Counted from the first letter of the stretch, positions 9,272 through 19,897 are shown. The stretch: 64,000 nt of DNA from a virus (IMGVR_UViG_3300034053_000029:146172-210171), one strand, 5' to 3'. A program made the numbers and translations. The notes: generated from the sequence alone by a model not told the origin.

Positions 9272-10924
9272 TTAAAGATTCGAGTAGTTTCTTTCCAACG
9301 CAGCAACCAATGACACGGCATTCGCTTTTGATTTTGCGATAGTTGTTGTCGCTTTAACGTATTGTCCTGAACTCAAACCAATACCAACTGCGGTTACATC
9401 AGCGTTAGTGTTTGCGGTGCGATCACCACCTGCAGTTTCATTATCGTAGTCGAATGTCCAAGTCACATTTGATGCAGAAGATACATCGCCGGTAATGTCA
9501 GTGCCATCTTTGTTCTTAACCAATTTAGCACCAGACTCACCGAAGTCATTATTTGCACCGGTCAATGTGGTGTAGAACAACCAATACTTTGCTGACGCAT
9601 CATTCTTCAAATTATCACCGAAGTTAATAGTGATAGTAGCAACGTATGGGAAGGTTCTCTTGTTACCGAGTGCATCGTAAAATTCAATATCGTTGGTGTC
9701 ATTTGAATTGAATGAGTCAATATAAACGCCATTCGATGTTACCAATGTATCGCCCACGAAACGCAATAGTAGGTCAGCAGTTTTACCTGTTACGGAAGCA
9801 CTAGCATCAGCATCAATATCCGAATTCTGACGAAGTTGATATTGAACCTTCTCATATACTTCAGCACGAACCGCAGCACCGGATGCAGTTGCACCAACCG
9901 TAGTGTCAGCATCAATAATAACAGTGAATGGGTAATAAACTGTACCAACTAATCTTTCACCTTCATACGCCGCCCAATTGGTTGCATTTGCTGATGGAAG
10001 TGTACCAGTTGAGGTATAAGCAAGTATACACTTATACCAACGATTATTTCCTGTATCTTTTACGACATCTGCGAGTGCATATACAGTTGCAGCAGCAAAA
10101 TCGCCACGGACATTATATAACTCATCGCCGGTATGACGGAGATATGTGATATTGATATTCGTGTATGGTGCTAACGTAGAAACATCACCATCAATGTGAG
10201 TAACTTTAAGGTCGGCACCGTTCGATAGTGGAAAACGATACGCTTGATACGTCATTGAAGACGCACCGATTTCCGTGTTTGCTGACTGAACATACGTCTT
10301 AGCATATTCACGAAGGAATACTTTGAAGTATGATCGTCTATCGTAACCGTCACCAAAAGCACCGTCGCCATTTGGATCAGAGTAAATCTGAACTGCTTGG
10401 TTGACGTTATTCGTTAGTTTGATGTTAGTTGCTGCACCACCTGCAACTTGTTGGAAATATGCTTGGTCAGTATTAGCAGCAAACGATCCCAAAGTGATGA
10501 TACCTGCCCACATTTCTGTAACGGCACCGGCATTAGGCGCATCGGGTTTAACCACCGACCAACCACCAGTTCTAAGCAACTCAACTGTTGTCAATGACGC
10601 TGCAGTACCAGATGTCTCGGTCTTGTCCCAGTTCCAACCATTGATCATTTCAAACTGCTCGTCCGTGATTGGACCCATTGGGAATGCGAATTTGATGAGA
10701 GTGGTGTCTGTACGCCAAATTTCTTTTAACTTTGAGTAGACACACTTGATGGTTACACCATCATTAGTCAAAGTTCCAGCTACTTTCAATGCCAATCTTT
10801 TATTAGCATAATCGATCAAAAGTTCGTCAGTTGCTGCTGCGAATATGGAAGCAATACTTACACCAGTAGCGGCATAAGAAAGCGAATCTGGATCGATAAT
10901 TGGGTTTGAACCATATACTGCCAT
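9272..10924 (-). CDS. Virion structural protein with an inserted carbohydrate-binding module
   Basis: N-terminal VYSKLKEIW...FPM..IT, related to the N-terminus of 4851..7271; CBM5/12-like F.AATVYAL.DVV....RWYKC..A.TS...P...NW; ends ERNYSNL. Confidence 0.7.
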   Translation of the reverse strand: MAVYGSNPIIDPDSLSYAATGVSIASIFAAATDELLIDYANKRLALKVAGTLTNDGVTIKCVYSKLKEIWRTDTTLIKFAFPMGPITDEQFEMINGWNWDKTETSGTAASLTTVELLRTGGWSVVKPDAPNAGAVTEMWAGIITLGSFAANTDQAYFQQVAGGAATNIKLTNNVNQAVQIYSDPNGDGAFGDGYDRRSYFKVFLREYAKTYVQSANTEIGASSMTYQAYRFPLSNGADLKVTHIDGDVSTLAPYTNINITYLRHTGDELYNVRGDFAAATVYALADVVKDTGNNRWYKCILAYTSTGTLPSANATNWAAYEGERLVGTVYYPFTVIIDADTTVGATASGAAVRAEVYEKVQYQLRQNSDIDADASASVTGKTADLLLRFVGDTLVTSNGVYIDSFNSNDTNDIEFYDALGNKRTFPYVATITINFGDNLKNDASAKYWLFYTTLTGANNDFGESGAKLVKNKDGTDITGDVSSASNVTWTFDYDNETAGGDRTANTNADVTAVGIGLSSGQYVKATTTIAKSKANAVSLVAALERNYSNL

Positions 10925-10950
10925 TTGTTATCTCCTTAAAGTTCTTATTA

Positions 10951-10958
10951 TATTTATG
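10951..10958 (-). promoter_or_regulatory. T4-type late promoter (CATAAATA)
   Basis: Intergenic, upstream of the AAGGAG RBS and ATG at 10924. Confidence 0.65.
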
Positions 10959-10959
10959 T

Positions 10960-13900
10960 TTATGCTGGGTTAGAGTACTGACGATCAAATGTTTGTTGAA
11001 CTGGAATGGTCAACGTAGTACCATCCAACACCTGATCTTCTAAACGAATTGGTAAATAGTTTAGATGATGAATGACGATGATAATATCAGTATTTTCGTA
11101 GTAATCATAATTCAATGTGAATGTCGTACCTGAACTTTCCGTACCACCCAATTCAAATCCATCAGAAATACGAAACACTCTAACTTCAGAATCTGTTTGC
11201 AATCCTGTTAGAACAAGTGATCCGGATGAATATGCGTAGTTATATGCAGTATCTGTATCGGTCTCAGTGAATAATCTAAACGAATTCAAACGACTCGTAG
11301 GTTGTGGTGCAAACACGAAACTAGTGTTTACTGCCGTAATGGTTGAATGAATACCACCGATAGGACATGAGCCTGATGCAGTCGATAATGTCGCATTCGT
11401 CCCAGCAAGGGCATTATTAAAAGAAGTGGCGATTGCAATTTGTGTGCTACCTATTACTTCAGATACATAATTAGTCGATCCTGATGCAATACCACCAAAT
11501 GTCGTTCCGATAGCAACCACGCCCGCACCAACATAGAAGTTAGCATTAGATGTCAATGTGATAAGATTATTCGTTCCGTTTATGTTTTGTGTTCCAGTAG
11601 CAGAATGTGATTTGCTTACCAGCCAAGTCGAACCAGAGCCCGATCCTGCTATGTTGCTAACGATGTAAGTTCCTGTAAGGACGTTTGTTCCAGTTAGCAT
11701 CATACCTGCTGCTACCACGCCAGTTGCTTGAGTCCCCACGGTAAATGTCGTACCAGTAATGTTAGAACCAGTCGTGGTTGCAGAAGCATTCGTTGTATTT
11801 GTCATCGTGGTATTCATCGTACCAGAATAAATGGTATTTGATGTCAACCATTCACCCGTGATATTCGAAACCACTAGCGATCCTGCAACAGTAGTAACCG
11901 CTTCATCATCGACCACCACTGCTGTTGCTGTTGGACTAGTAAGCGCATTTTGTACCACCCACCCAGGCATAAACTGCCCAACTTGAGCAGTATATTTTAG
12001 TGTTGGTCTCGCAGTAATTCTGAACTTTGGTCTAACTCCAGTTGATGGTGATATTCCAGTTTCGTCGGCAAGATTATTCATTCCGATTACGCCGTTCAAC
12101 TGTTTCCACGTTCCACCGTAACCTGATCCTTTATCGAGTTGATATTCGATCAATACACCTAACGAAGTTACCAAATTCAACCCAAGGTCAGTCGAATAGA
12201 TATGTGGTAATCTTCTTGTGAATCCAGTCAACCCCTTGACAAAATGAGGCCATTCGATAACTACTTGGTCTCCTGCTGTAGTCAACGCTAAGTTTCCGTC
12301 ATTAGTGAAGAATGGAGTTCCTGAAGTAATCGTGTATGGTTTCGATGCCTTTGAAGAAGCGATCAATCTAATATCCAAACATCCTCTTGGTTGTGATCCA
12401 TAAGTATACTCACGAAACATACCATCAAACACAGACTGACTTGTAATTTGTGATCCAGAATATGTTGGTTCTGAACTCAAATTCCATGTTGTCCCATTCT
12501 GTAACGGATACGGATCACCACCAAAAACACCACGAATTTGTGTATCCAATGATTGAACATACCAAGGAACTCTTGCGACTCGATTCGATCTCACATTTTG
12601 AACTTTGATACCACTTGATGCGTTTGAAGTACTTGAACTATCCATATATGCTGTAGAAACATATGGTCTTACATTAATCACATCAATATTATGTAAGTAC
12701 ACTGAATATCCTGGACCAGCATAATAAACATATCCCAATGATCCATTGATTGTGTGCGTCGAATCTTTTACACTTACATTTGTTGCACCAGAAATCGGAA
12801 ATAACAAAAATCCATGATGAATTTGTTTTGTATTGATTGGTTGGTAATTCGATACATTTATATTCGCTGCAGAAGTTATAGCAGAAATAACTGGTTCGAC
12901 ACCAGGAGATTGGTTACTGAATAGTAAATTCTGAACCGTTGGTGTAAATGATGGTGTAGTTCCAATATGTAAATCTGCCCAAAATTGCCATGGTGAAGTG
13001 GACAACGTAGTTTCGATACCTGCTCCGCCGTCAATGTTCCATCCATATAATCCACCAGATGAATTCAAAAATTGTTGTGGAAATTGATACACAGGGAACG
13101 TGGTGGTGGCGTTTGCAATTGGTGGTGGTACTGCACTTGTTCTTGTTACAGTAACGTGTGCCACATTTATTGATGACCCAATCGCAGGAAGTGTTATGAC
13201 AGCATTGGTTGTCGATGCGGTTGTCGTAAATGATACTGAGAATCTCTGCCATTGATTTGTTAGGTTCTTCGTTTCTGAAGTCGTACCCAAATCCATCTTC
13301 ATGGTGATGTATGTTCGATTATCAGGTAAGTTTGCCCTTGCCCAAAGAGCAAAAGTGTGAACTGTACCAACTCCAGTCTGAATCGTTTGCGTTAGAGTTC
13401 CGTTTGCTGACGTAGCAATTAATTGAGTAGTAGTTGTGGCTGGGTTTGCTGAGTTGATACCGACAAAATTATTAAGTGGGGAAAACTGACCGGTTGCGTT
13501 GGTTGCAGTTATACCAGATGCAGTCCAAGGTGCAGTTGCTAAAGTTTCATTCTGTAATGCAAGATTCAAATAACACAAAGGTGCTTGTGGAATACAAGTG
13601 ATCTCAGGCAACTCAAATCCTGCGACGAATCTTAGTGTCTGCGTGGTGAATGTATTTGTGTTAGCAATTGAAACCGTCATGGAAGTATTACTATCAACCG
13701 TAACCACTTTACAATTCATACCGACGTTTGAACCATACACAAACATACCAGGAGCTGGACTAAACCCAACGTATGTTCTTGAATTACCACGATTTTTTAC
13801 ATCGGCAGTCAAATTGGCAGATAAGCGAACGGTATCGAAGTCGATAACATCAATGACGGTTGTTCCAACAGGAATACCCACACCAGTTACGATTGATCCA

Positions 13901-16900
13901 GGAACAATACCTGCCGCATAGAAGTTCAATGATAACGAAGTAAGTCTATCGGTTCCATTCTTACCTTCAACGTCATAAGTCGCTTGCCAGTAATAGAAAC
14001 CAGTTGTTGGATTAGGAACATCGGTGAATGTCGTAGTGATCGTAGATGCTGCTGCCGTACCAGAACAGTTTGCTACCGTATTGCTACCTGATAACTTTCT
14101 TACGACATAATGATACTCGGTGTCTCTTACCACACCTAAAGGATCATCAAAATAACATACACTGGATGCACCCGTACCTAACGTGGTTCCTATGAAAGTT
14201 GTATTATCTCTTGCGGTGAATCCCGGTGTAGTCGATCTGAATATCTGATAAGCGTGCTTGTAAATTGTAAATGTCTGACCACTTATTGTTCTTAATGCAG
14301 GTTTACTTATTTCAAATGTCGTGGAGTTTGTGATAGAAGTCACCAATGTTCCACTGGTATTCGTTCCAACAGCAGGAGTACCGAAATAAATTGCACCAGA
14401 AATTGTACCACCGTTTGTAAGTACTGCACCTACATATAATCCGGCAGTAGACGCACAAGTTACTGTCGTACTACCTAGTGTGGTTGCCACTGAAGTAAGA
14501 GTTAGACCCGCTGTCGTATATTCTTGCGCTTGTGATAATAATGAAATACGATTCCAAACTGGATAAACATTATCATATAACGTCCAAGTAGGAGTTCCTG
14601 CAGTAATGTCGGGTGTGTAAGCGAACTTACCTGTTTGAGTAGAGATAACACCAACGGCATTACCGTTGTTTGTCATACTAATCCAATGGGTGCGTTCTGG
14701 CAAATATTTGAGTGCACCCCATGTTATCGAAGTTGCAGTATTTGATGTGGATACGACGTAACATTGACTTGCTCTTTGTGCATTTGTTGCATCGACTTGT
14801 GGATTACCACCATTGAGTGGAGTTGTTCCTGCAAGTAATACGAATGCGGTTCCGGTATAAATGATCTTGTTGTATGACATACCTGTGGGTAATGTAGGTG
14901 CGGTTCCTGCCGTCCAAGCAACACCATCAGCAGAACACGCTGTTGGACCATTAGTTGCTGACGCAGACACGCAACAGAATGTACCGTTACCATAAGCAAT
15001 TGATTGCCATAACGATGACACATTCACACCACCTACACTCCAAGTTGCCCCATCTGTAGAATATGATGTTGCCGTACTAGCAGTACCACCACCAGAAATC
15101 GCAACGTATCTTCCTGCACTATTTGAAGTAACATCGATCCAAACTGCAGATGCAAGAGTTGTTGCTGCAAATACGATAGACCCGTTTGTGATCGTTCCTC
15201 TTGTTCCTGCCGTACTTACTGCCGTACTTCCACCAACCGCCACCCACTTGTTAGTTGCTTGTGAATTATCAAATGCGAGTGCTGACCAAATGACAGATGC
15301 AGGTTCTGTTGTTACTGTCGACCAATCTTTACCATTCGTTGAATATGCGACTCTGGTAGAAGCAACACCACCACCTTGTATTGCCATGAAGTAATTTTGA
15401 GTAGGGCACCAAATAACTTTCCACCAGCCAGTTGTTGCTGAACCAATAGGCATCATCCATGAAGTCCAAGTTGCGCCATTATCCTCTGACACTAAGCAAG
15501 TATTCACACCTATATCTGATACTAATGCCACCCATACTCCGTTACCATAAGCAAGCGTCGGTGCCGTGCTAGTTGCCCAAGCAGGTAATGCGCCCATTCT
15601 TAGTGGTAATTGTTTCCACTTCTCAGGAGCAGACATGATACCACACATCTTCATACCTTCAACATGGGTAGAAGTATCTGCAAAATTGAAACTTTTGTAT
15701 GATTTTGTCTTAAACCAATACTTTGTATCGTTTGCTAAGAATGTTCCCGTTTCTGGATTGGTAAATGCACGATAACCAGATGCCCACGAATATCCTTCAT
15801 TATGCAGACCAATTTTGTGAGTTATATTTGAAACACTGACGGTGTTAACTGCAGCCGCAGTTAAAATCGTAGATAAATTGTACGCTTTGATATTATTAAA
15901 TGTTTGATTTGCCCCCGCAGTAGTTGTTGATATTACACCATTATACGGGCGAGTTCTTGGGTAACTACCAACGGCAATGACTTTCAGTCCATCCACTGTT
16001 ACGTTATTTGAATATGAAATACTAAATACGCCAGCATTTGATGAACCAACACCAGGATTAGTGCTTGATCCCGCCGCCTGATGACCACCAAATGTCAAAA
16101 CGATATTCGTAAATGTGGCGCCAGAAATATATATCCAATATATTGCAGTGAATGAAGTCCCAGCTGATTGTCCCGTACCAGTATTCATTCTATGCTCACG
16201 CATTACCCAGTTGCCATAATATGTGAATGCAATAGTTCCTGCCGTGCCGAAAGCAGCAGTAGAAACTGTAACCGATGTTGCACTATTGACTGTTGTTACC
16301 GTACAAGCATGAAGGTTCGTTCCGGTCAACAATACACCAGGAATAATTGCTGTTGATGATGGAATGGTAACGGTTGTCGTACTATTAGTCGAACCGGTTG
16401 CACCAAGAGCAGTTGCAGCAGTCAAACACATATTTGATGGTGGTAATCCAAACGCAGTATTAGTTACCGTGACCTGATAACACTCGGATACGAATGGAAC
16501 GTAAGCAAATCCACAATTGGTTATGGTTAACTTTGACGCTTGAGTGTAGTTAGAATACGATTCCCCAAACAAACACTTATTGAATGTGAATACCCCTCCG
16601 AATGGCGTAGTGAAATAACACCCTGCATTATTTGACGCAAAGTTATTCAGTTGGAAGTTTGCGGTTGATGTATCGGTCAAGAGAATATTCTGAACACGAA
16701 TCTTAGCACCGTTTGGTGGAATCTTTCCATTTGTGCCATCACCAAAGCGCAGCGTAGTTGAATATTGCGAGCAGATTGGTAATATACCAATGATAGGAAT
16801 GTTTGCAAATACGTTAGCGGCAATGACAGTCGAGTTTGTCGTGAATATAGTTGCACTAATAATTTGTTCAACTACGCAAGTTGCCGCTAAACCACGACCT

Positions 16901-18438
16901 GTTATCCATGTACCAGGAACCAATCCTGCCGTCGAAGTACAAGTGATGACGTTTGTATTTGGTATGCAATTACAATTTGCTAAGTTCAAATATTGAACTG
17001 CTGCTTGATTGAAATCTTGAGTGAAACAAGTACCAGAATCTCCATCAGATACAGATTGGAATCCGTTTCTGAAATATTTGTATGTTTGGAAATCGGATGC
17101 ACCAGTTACATTCGTCCAAAGTTCATAAATGCCTGTACCACTTCCTGTTTCAACTTCCAATGTTGGTATGTAATCACCATAAACGTATGGAGAAGTAAAT
17201 GTTTGTCCTGCAGCACCATTAGATGTTCCGATTTGAATATAATCACCTTCAACTTCAACTGTTGCTAATCCTGACGCAGCAATAATTGTATTGAGAGCGA
17301 CAGCAGTTGCAAGTTTGTTTGTGGTGAATCGAATAGGAGTCGTGGTGCTAGTATTCTCTATGCGTAATTTACCATTGGTGATATTGAGTGCACTTGCACC
17401 AGTTAATGCTTTCTTTTGATCCGTATTTACGGTTAGTGTTGCACCATTATTGATCGTGAGTGTATCGCCGGTCATGACCTTTGGTTCGATGAGATACACA
17501 CCCAAAATTGCAGCATTAGGACCAGTGAATGGTGTCCATGTAATACCATCAAATGAGAATGCAGCATTGGTCGAAAGTACCGTCAATGCGATAAACATCT
17601 GGCGGCCATCCCATGCCGCTTTACCACCACCGATCAACCAGTTAGCAGACGCAGGTAGCGTAGTAGATGTCCATGTTGCTCCGTTGTCGGTTGAATATGC
17701 AGAAGCAGTACCTGTACTTGGAACGACAACCCATGTTCCATTTGCTCCACCCATACTTGCCCACGAAATACTTGCCCATGCTGCTGTTGATGGGAGTGCT
17801 AATGATACCGTCGACCAACTTTGTCCATTGGTGCTAGTGTAAATGTCTCTTGTACCACTTCCAATAAGAATGAATTTACCATTACGATATTTTAGATCAG
17901 TCCATGTACCGGTTGCAGGTAAAGCGACCGGATTCCATGTGGTGCCATTGTCAGTTGAATATGCACTTGAAGTAGAACCAGACGCTACTGTGACGAATGT
18001 ACCATTACCAAATTCAATCAAGTTCCATGCTGCTGCTGATGGTAAAGCACCACCTGCTGCCCAATCGAGGCCTGCTCTTGGTTTGAATAATGCACAAGAA
18101 GTTGATGACGTATTGACAGTGATAAACGTACCATTACCAAAAGCGAGACCTTTCCATGCAGCACCTGCAGGGAGTGCGGTTGCTCGGTTTGTTGCACCAC
18201 CGGTCAATTCTGGAGTAGTTGTTGCTGTTACCGTCCTATTTGCTGCAATAAAAACTGCCAATTCATCTCCGAATGCGAATCCAGTCCAAGCGACGGCAGC
18301 ATCATTGATGTTACCGGAAGTTGTCCATGTGAATCCATTGACCGATGATGAAATCGTTCTTGAAGATGCAATAGGTGCGTAGAATCTGTATCCTACTTCA
18401 TTTAAATTTTGATTTGTTGTTGCTACATAAGCAGTCAT
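10960..18438 (-). CDS. Giant tail fibre/adhesin (2492 aa) with two Asp-box/BNR beta-propeller regions
   Basis: Repeats YSTDNGTTW, STNGQSW, STDNGATW, SFDGITW, SEDNGATW, STNGKDW, STDGATW, SADGVAW; FN3-like and CBM-like segments; ends DRQYSNPA; upstream neighbour is a fibre chaperone. Confidence 0.8.
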   Translation of the reverse strand: MTAYVATTNQNLNEVGYRFYAPIASSRTISSSVNGFTWTTSGNINDAAVAWTGFAFGDELAVFIAANRTVTATTTPELTGGATNRATALPAGAAWKGLAFGNGTFITVNTSSTSCALFKPRAGLDWAAGGALPSAAAWNLIEFGNGTFVTVASGSTSSAYSTDNGTTWNPVALPATGTWTDLKYRNGKFILIGSGTRDIYTSTNGQSWSTVSLALPSTAAWASISWASMGGANGTWVVVPSTGTASAYSTDNGATWTSTTLPASANWLIGGGKAAWDGRQMFIALTVLSTNAAFSFDGITWTPFTGPNAAILGVYLIEPKVMTGDTLTINNGATLTVNTDQKKALTGASALNITNGKLRIENTSTTTPIRFTTNKLATAVALNTIIAASGLATVEVEGDYIQIGTSNGAAGQTFTSPYVYGDYIPTLEVETGSGTGIYELWTNVTGASDFQTYKYFRNGFQSVSDGDSGTCFTQDFNQAAVQYLNLANCNCIPNTNVITCTSTAGLVPGTWITGRGLAATCVVEQIISATIFTTNSTVIAANVFANIPIIGILPICSQYSTTLRFGDGTNGKIPPNGAKIRVQNILLTDTSTANFQLNNFASNNAGCYFTTPFGGVFTFNKCLFGESYSNYTQASKLTITNCGFAYVPFVSECYQVTVTNTAFGLPPSNMCLTAATALGATGSTNSTTTVTIPSSTAIIPGVLLTGTNLHACTVTTVNSATSVTVSTAAFGTAGTIAFTYYGNWVMREHRMNTGTGQSAGTSFTAIYWIYISGATFTNIVLTFGGHQAAGSSTNPGVGSSNAGVFSISYSNNVTVDGLKVIAVGSYPRTRPYNGVISTTTAGANQTFNNIKAYNLSTILTAAAVNTVSVSNITHKIGLHNEGYSWASGYRAFTNPETGTFLANDTKYWFKTKSYKSFNFADTSTHVEGMKMCGIMSAPEKWKQLPLRMGALPAWATSTAPTLAYGNGVWVALVSDIGVNTCLVSEDNGATWTSWMMPIGSATTGWWKVIWCPTQNYFMAIQGGGVASTRVAYSTNGKDWSTVTTEPASVIWSALAFDNSQATNKWVAVGGSTAVSTAGTRGTITNGSIVFAATTLASAVWIDVTSNSAGRYVAISGGGTASTATSYSTDGATWSVGGVNVSSLWQSIAYGNGTFCCVSASATNGPTACSADGVAWTAGTAPTLPTGMSYNKIIYTGTAFVLLAGTTPLNGGNPQVDATNAQRASQCYVVSTSNTATSITWGALKYLPERTHWISMTNNGNAVGVISTQTGKFAYTPDITAGTPTWTLYDNVYPVWNRISLLSQAQEYTTAGLTLTSVATTLGSTTVTCASTAGLYVGAVLTNGGTISGAIYFGTPAVGTNTSGTLVTSITNSTTFEISKPALRTISGQTFTIYKHAYQIFRSTTPGFTARDNTTFIGTTLGTGASSVCYFDDPLGVVRDTEYHYVVRKLSGSNTVANCSGTAAASTITTTFTDVPNPTTGFYYWQATYDVEGKNGTDRLTSLSLNFYAAGIVPGSIVTGVGIPVGTTVIDVIDFDTVRLSANLTADVKNRGNSRTYVGFSPAPGMFVYGSNVGMNCKVVTVDSNTSMTVSIANTNTFTTQTLRFVAGFELPEITCIPQAPLCYLNLALQNETLATAPWTASGITATNATGQFSPLNNFVGINSANPATTTTQLIATSANGTLTQTIQTGVGTVHTFALWARANLPDNRTYITMKMDLGTTSETKNLTNQWQRFSVSFTTTASTTNAVITLPAIGSSINVAHVTVTRTSAVPPPIANATTTFPVYQFPQQFLNSSGGLYGWNIDGGAGIETTLSTSPWQFWADLHIGTTPSFTPTVQNLLFSNQSPGVEPVISAITSAANINVSNYQPINTKQIHHGFLLFPISGATNVSVKDSTHTINGSLGYVYYAGPGYSVYLHNIDVINVRPYVSTAYMDSSSTSNASSGIKVQNVRSNRVARVPWYVQSLDTQIRGVFGGDPYPLQNGTTWNLSSEPTYSGSQITSQSVFDGMFREYTYGSQPRGCLDIRLIASSKASKPYTITSGTPFFTNDGNLALTTAGDQVVIEWPHFVKGLTGFTRRLPHIYSTDLGLNLVTSLGVLIEYQLDKGSGYGGTWKQLNGVIGMNNLADETGISPSTGVRPKFRITARPTLKYTAQVGQFMPGWVVQNALTSPTATAVVVDDEAVTTVAGSLVVSNITGEWLTSNTIYSGTMNTTMTNTTNASATTTGSNITGTTFTVGTQATGVVAAGMMLTGTNVLTGTYIVSNIAGSGSGSTWLVSKSHSATGTQNINGTNNLITLTSNANFYVGAGVVAIGTTFGGIASGSTNYVSEVIGSTQIAIATSFNNALAGTNATLSTASGSCPIGGIHSTITAVNTSFVFAPQPTSRLNSFRLFTETDTDTAYNYAYSSGSLVLTGLQTDSEVRVFRISDGFELGGTESSGTTFTLNYDYYENTDIIIVIHHLNYLPIRLEDQVLDGTTLTIPVQQTFDRQYSNPA

Positions 18439-18974
18439 GCGTACACCTCAGGCCAATTATTTTCAATATCAAAATGCTCAGGATACTCCAATGCCTCACA
18501 TTGCGCTTTCAGGTATTCTGCATACCCATAAATGGTTTGTTCTTGTGTCATTTGGGCATAATATATCGATGTTGCTAATTCAGGTGTCATCTCAACCTTC
18601 TCGCCTGACATTGTTTTCCACATGATCCCTGCAGGTAAATTATTTCCTGCGATAATCAATGATAGTTGTTGCACTTTTGAATGCGTGTCTGAGTGATACC
18701 AATACTCACCGACCTTGCATCCACCAGTATGAATCTTGGTGTCACGAATCTCTTGAATGCGCTTCCATACCGTGTCGAATATGTCTAATCGTGCGTTATT
18801 GATGGGACCAAATTCTCCGGCAGCAGCACGGGTGAAAAGTTCTCTATTGTATTCATCGGTATCATCACTATGAGCAATGAATGGGACTTCAGAATCGTGG
18901 TCAACAAATTTAACGATCAAACTTATCGAAGTTCTTGTCTTCCATATTGGTTTTAGCGCATACTCATAGTTCAT
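18435..18974 (-). CDS. Tail fibre assembly chaperone (Tfa-like N-terminus plus DUF4376-like C-terminus)
   Basis: V.F.D...VPF.A..DD...Y.RELF..A.AGEFGPI followed by I..IRD.K...G......W.HSD..S...Q; start reassigned to the ATG at 18974, which avoids overlap with 19015..19356 and lies behind a late promoter. Confidence 0.8.
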   Translation of the reverse strand: MNYEYALKPIWKTRTSISLIVKFVDHDSEVPFIAHSDDTDEYNRELFTRAAAGEFGPINNARLDIFDTVWKRIQEIRDTKIHTGGCKVGEYWYHSDTHSKVQQLSLIIAGNNLPAGIMWKTMSGEKVEMTPELATSIYYAQMTQEQTIYGYAEYLKAQCEALEYPEHFDIENNWPEVYA

Positions 18975-19003
18975 TGTATTTCCAACACTGTTAGGTAATA
19001 CTA

Positions 19004-19011
19004 TATTTATG
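19004..19011 (-). promoter_or_regulatory. T4-type late promoter (CATAAATA)
   Basis: Just after the stop at 19015; 30 nt upstream of the ATG at 18974. Confidence 0.6.
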
Positions 19012-19014
19012 TCA

Positions 19015-19356
19015 TCACTTGCAATATATCTTGCGCTCCCATCGATCCTTACAATTTTCACCGGCACATGATTTGATTTCGTTCTTCAACCACTGCAAGT
19101 TTTCAATCTTATCACACCCACCACACGCTAACGGAATAACATGATCTATCGCCCAACCGAGGCAAGAACCCATCGCTTTACCTGTTGATGGGCAATGGTA
19201 TAACTTCCTGAACTCAAATAAAACCTTGTTGTCTCGTTTTATCTTACCATCAACCGTTCTTTCTGGTGCCCCACATATTCTTGAATCTGCAGCATGATAT
19301 GGATCAGGATGAGCAAGTGCAAGTGTTGGGAGTATCAATAGAAATAAGAATTTCAT
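19015..19356 (-). CDS. Secreted HNH (beta-beta-alpha-metal) nuclease
   Basis: Signal peptide MKFLFLLILPTLALA|HP; CPSTG...G.C.GW.IDHVIPLACGG.D..ENLQWL...KD.WE; 8 Cys. Confidence 0.8.
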   Translation of the reverse strand: MKFLFLLILPTLALAHPDPYHAADSRICGAPERTVDGKIKRDNKVLFEFRKLYHCPSTGKAMGSCLGWAIDHVIPLACGGCDKIENLQWLKNEIKSCAGENCKDRWERKIYCK

Positions 19357-19652
19357 CTTAATGTTGGTGTTGTCGTTGCTGCATGAGTTGGTGGGCGGCG
19401 ATCCATACGATCAAGTAACATTTCGATCAATCTTTCTTGTCTTGCTTGTGACGCTTGGATCGATTGTGTTCTTTCATCAACTCGGTCACTTTGCGAACGA
19501 ATCTGGACAATTTCTTTCTTAACTTCCGCATTTGATTTGACTGCCTCTTCCAAAGACTGAATCTTGTATTGTGCTTGACCCCATGCTGCACTCATTGAAG
19601 ATAAAGCAACGATGAGAAACCAATGTTTTTGGAGCCATTCAACCATTTTCAT
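19353..19652 (-). CDS. Membrane-anchored coiled-coil protein (holin/XhlA-like architecture)
   Basis: Hydrophobic WFLIVALSSMSAAWG followed by heptad-rich QSLEEAVK...IRSQSDRVDERTQSIQASQARQE. Confidence 0.6.
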   Translation of the reverse strand: MKMVEWLQKHWFLIVALSSMSAAWGQAQYKIQSLEEAVKSNAEVKKEIVQIRSQSDRVDERTQSIQASQARQERLIEMLLDRMDRRPPTHAATTTPTLR

Positions 19653-19872
19653 GTCCCTTCACTTTAAATCCAAAACTCTTAGCCCTCTTGACAAAATCAC
19701 CTAAATCTTTTGCATGGATGTTTACATTATGAGTGCCTAGCTTTTTACCGTGTAATGGTAAACCTGCAGTTGATTGATGATGAATAATAGAAACTGGATG
19801 CATTCCATTCTCATTTGGTTCACCCACATGAACTGTTGCCATTTCCAATATAAAATCTTTAAATGTTTTCAT
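19639..19872 (-). CDS. Putative internal head protein with T4-type capsid-targeting sequence
   Basis: GGAG spacing favours the second ATG (19872), giving MKTFKDFILE|MAT, a 10-residue CTS; 8 His in 77 aa. Confidence 0.7.
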   Translation of the reverse strand: MKTFKDFILEMATVHVGEPNENGMHPVSIIHHQSTAGLPLHGKKLGTHNVNIHAKDLGDFVKRAKSFGFKVKGHENG

Positions 19873-19897
19873 CATTTCTCCGTCGATTCAATAATAA

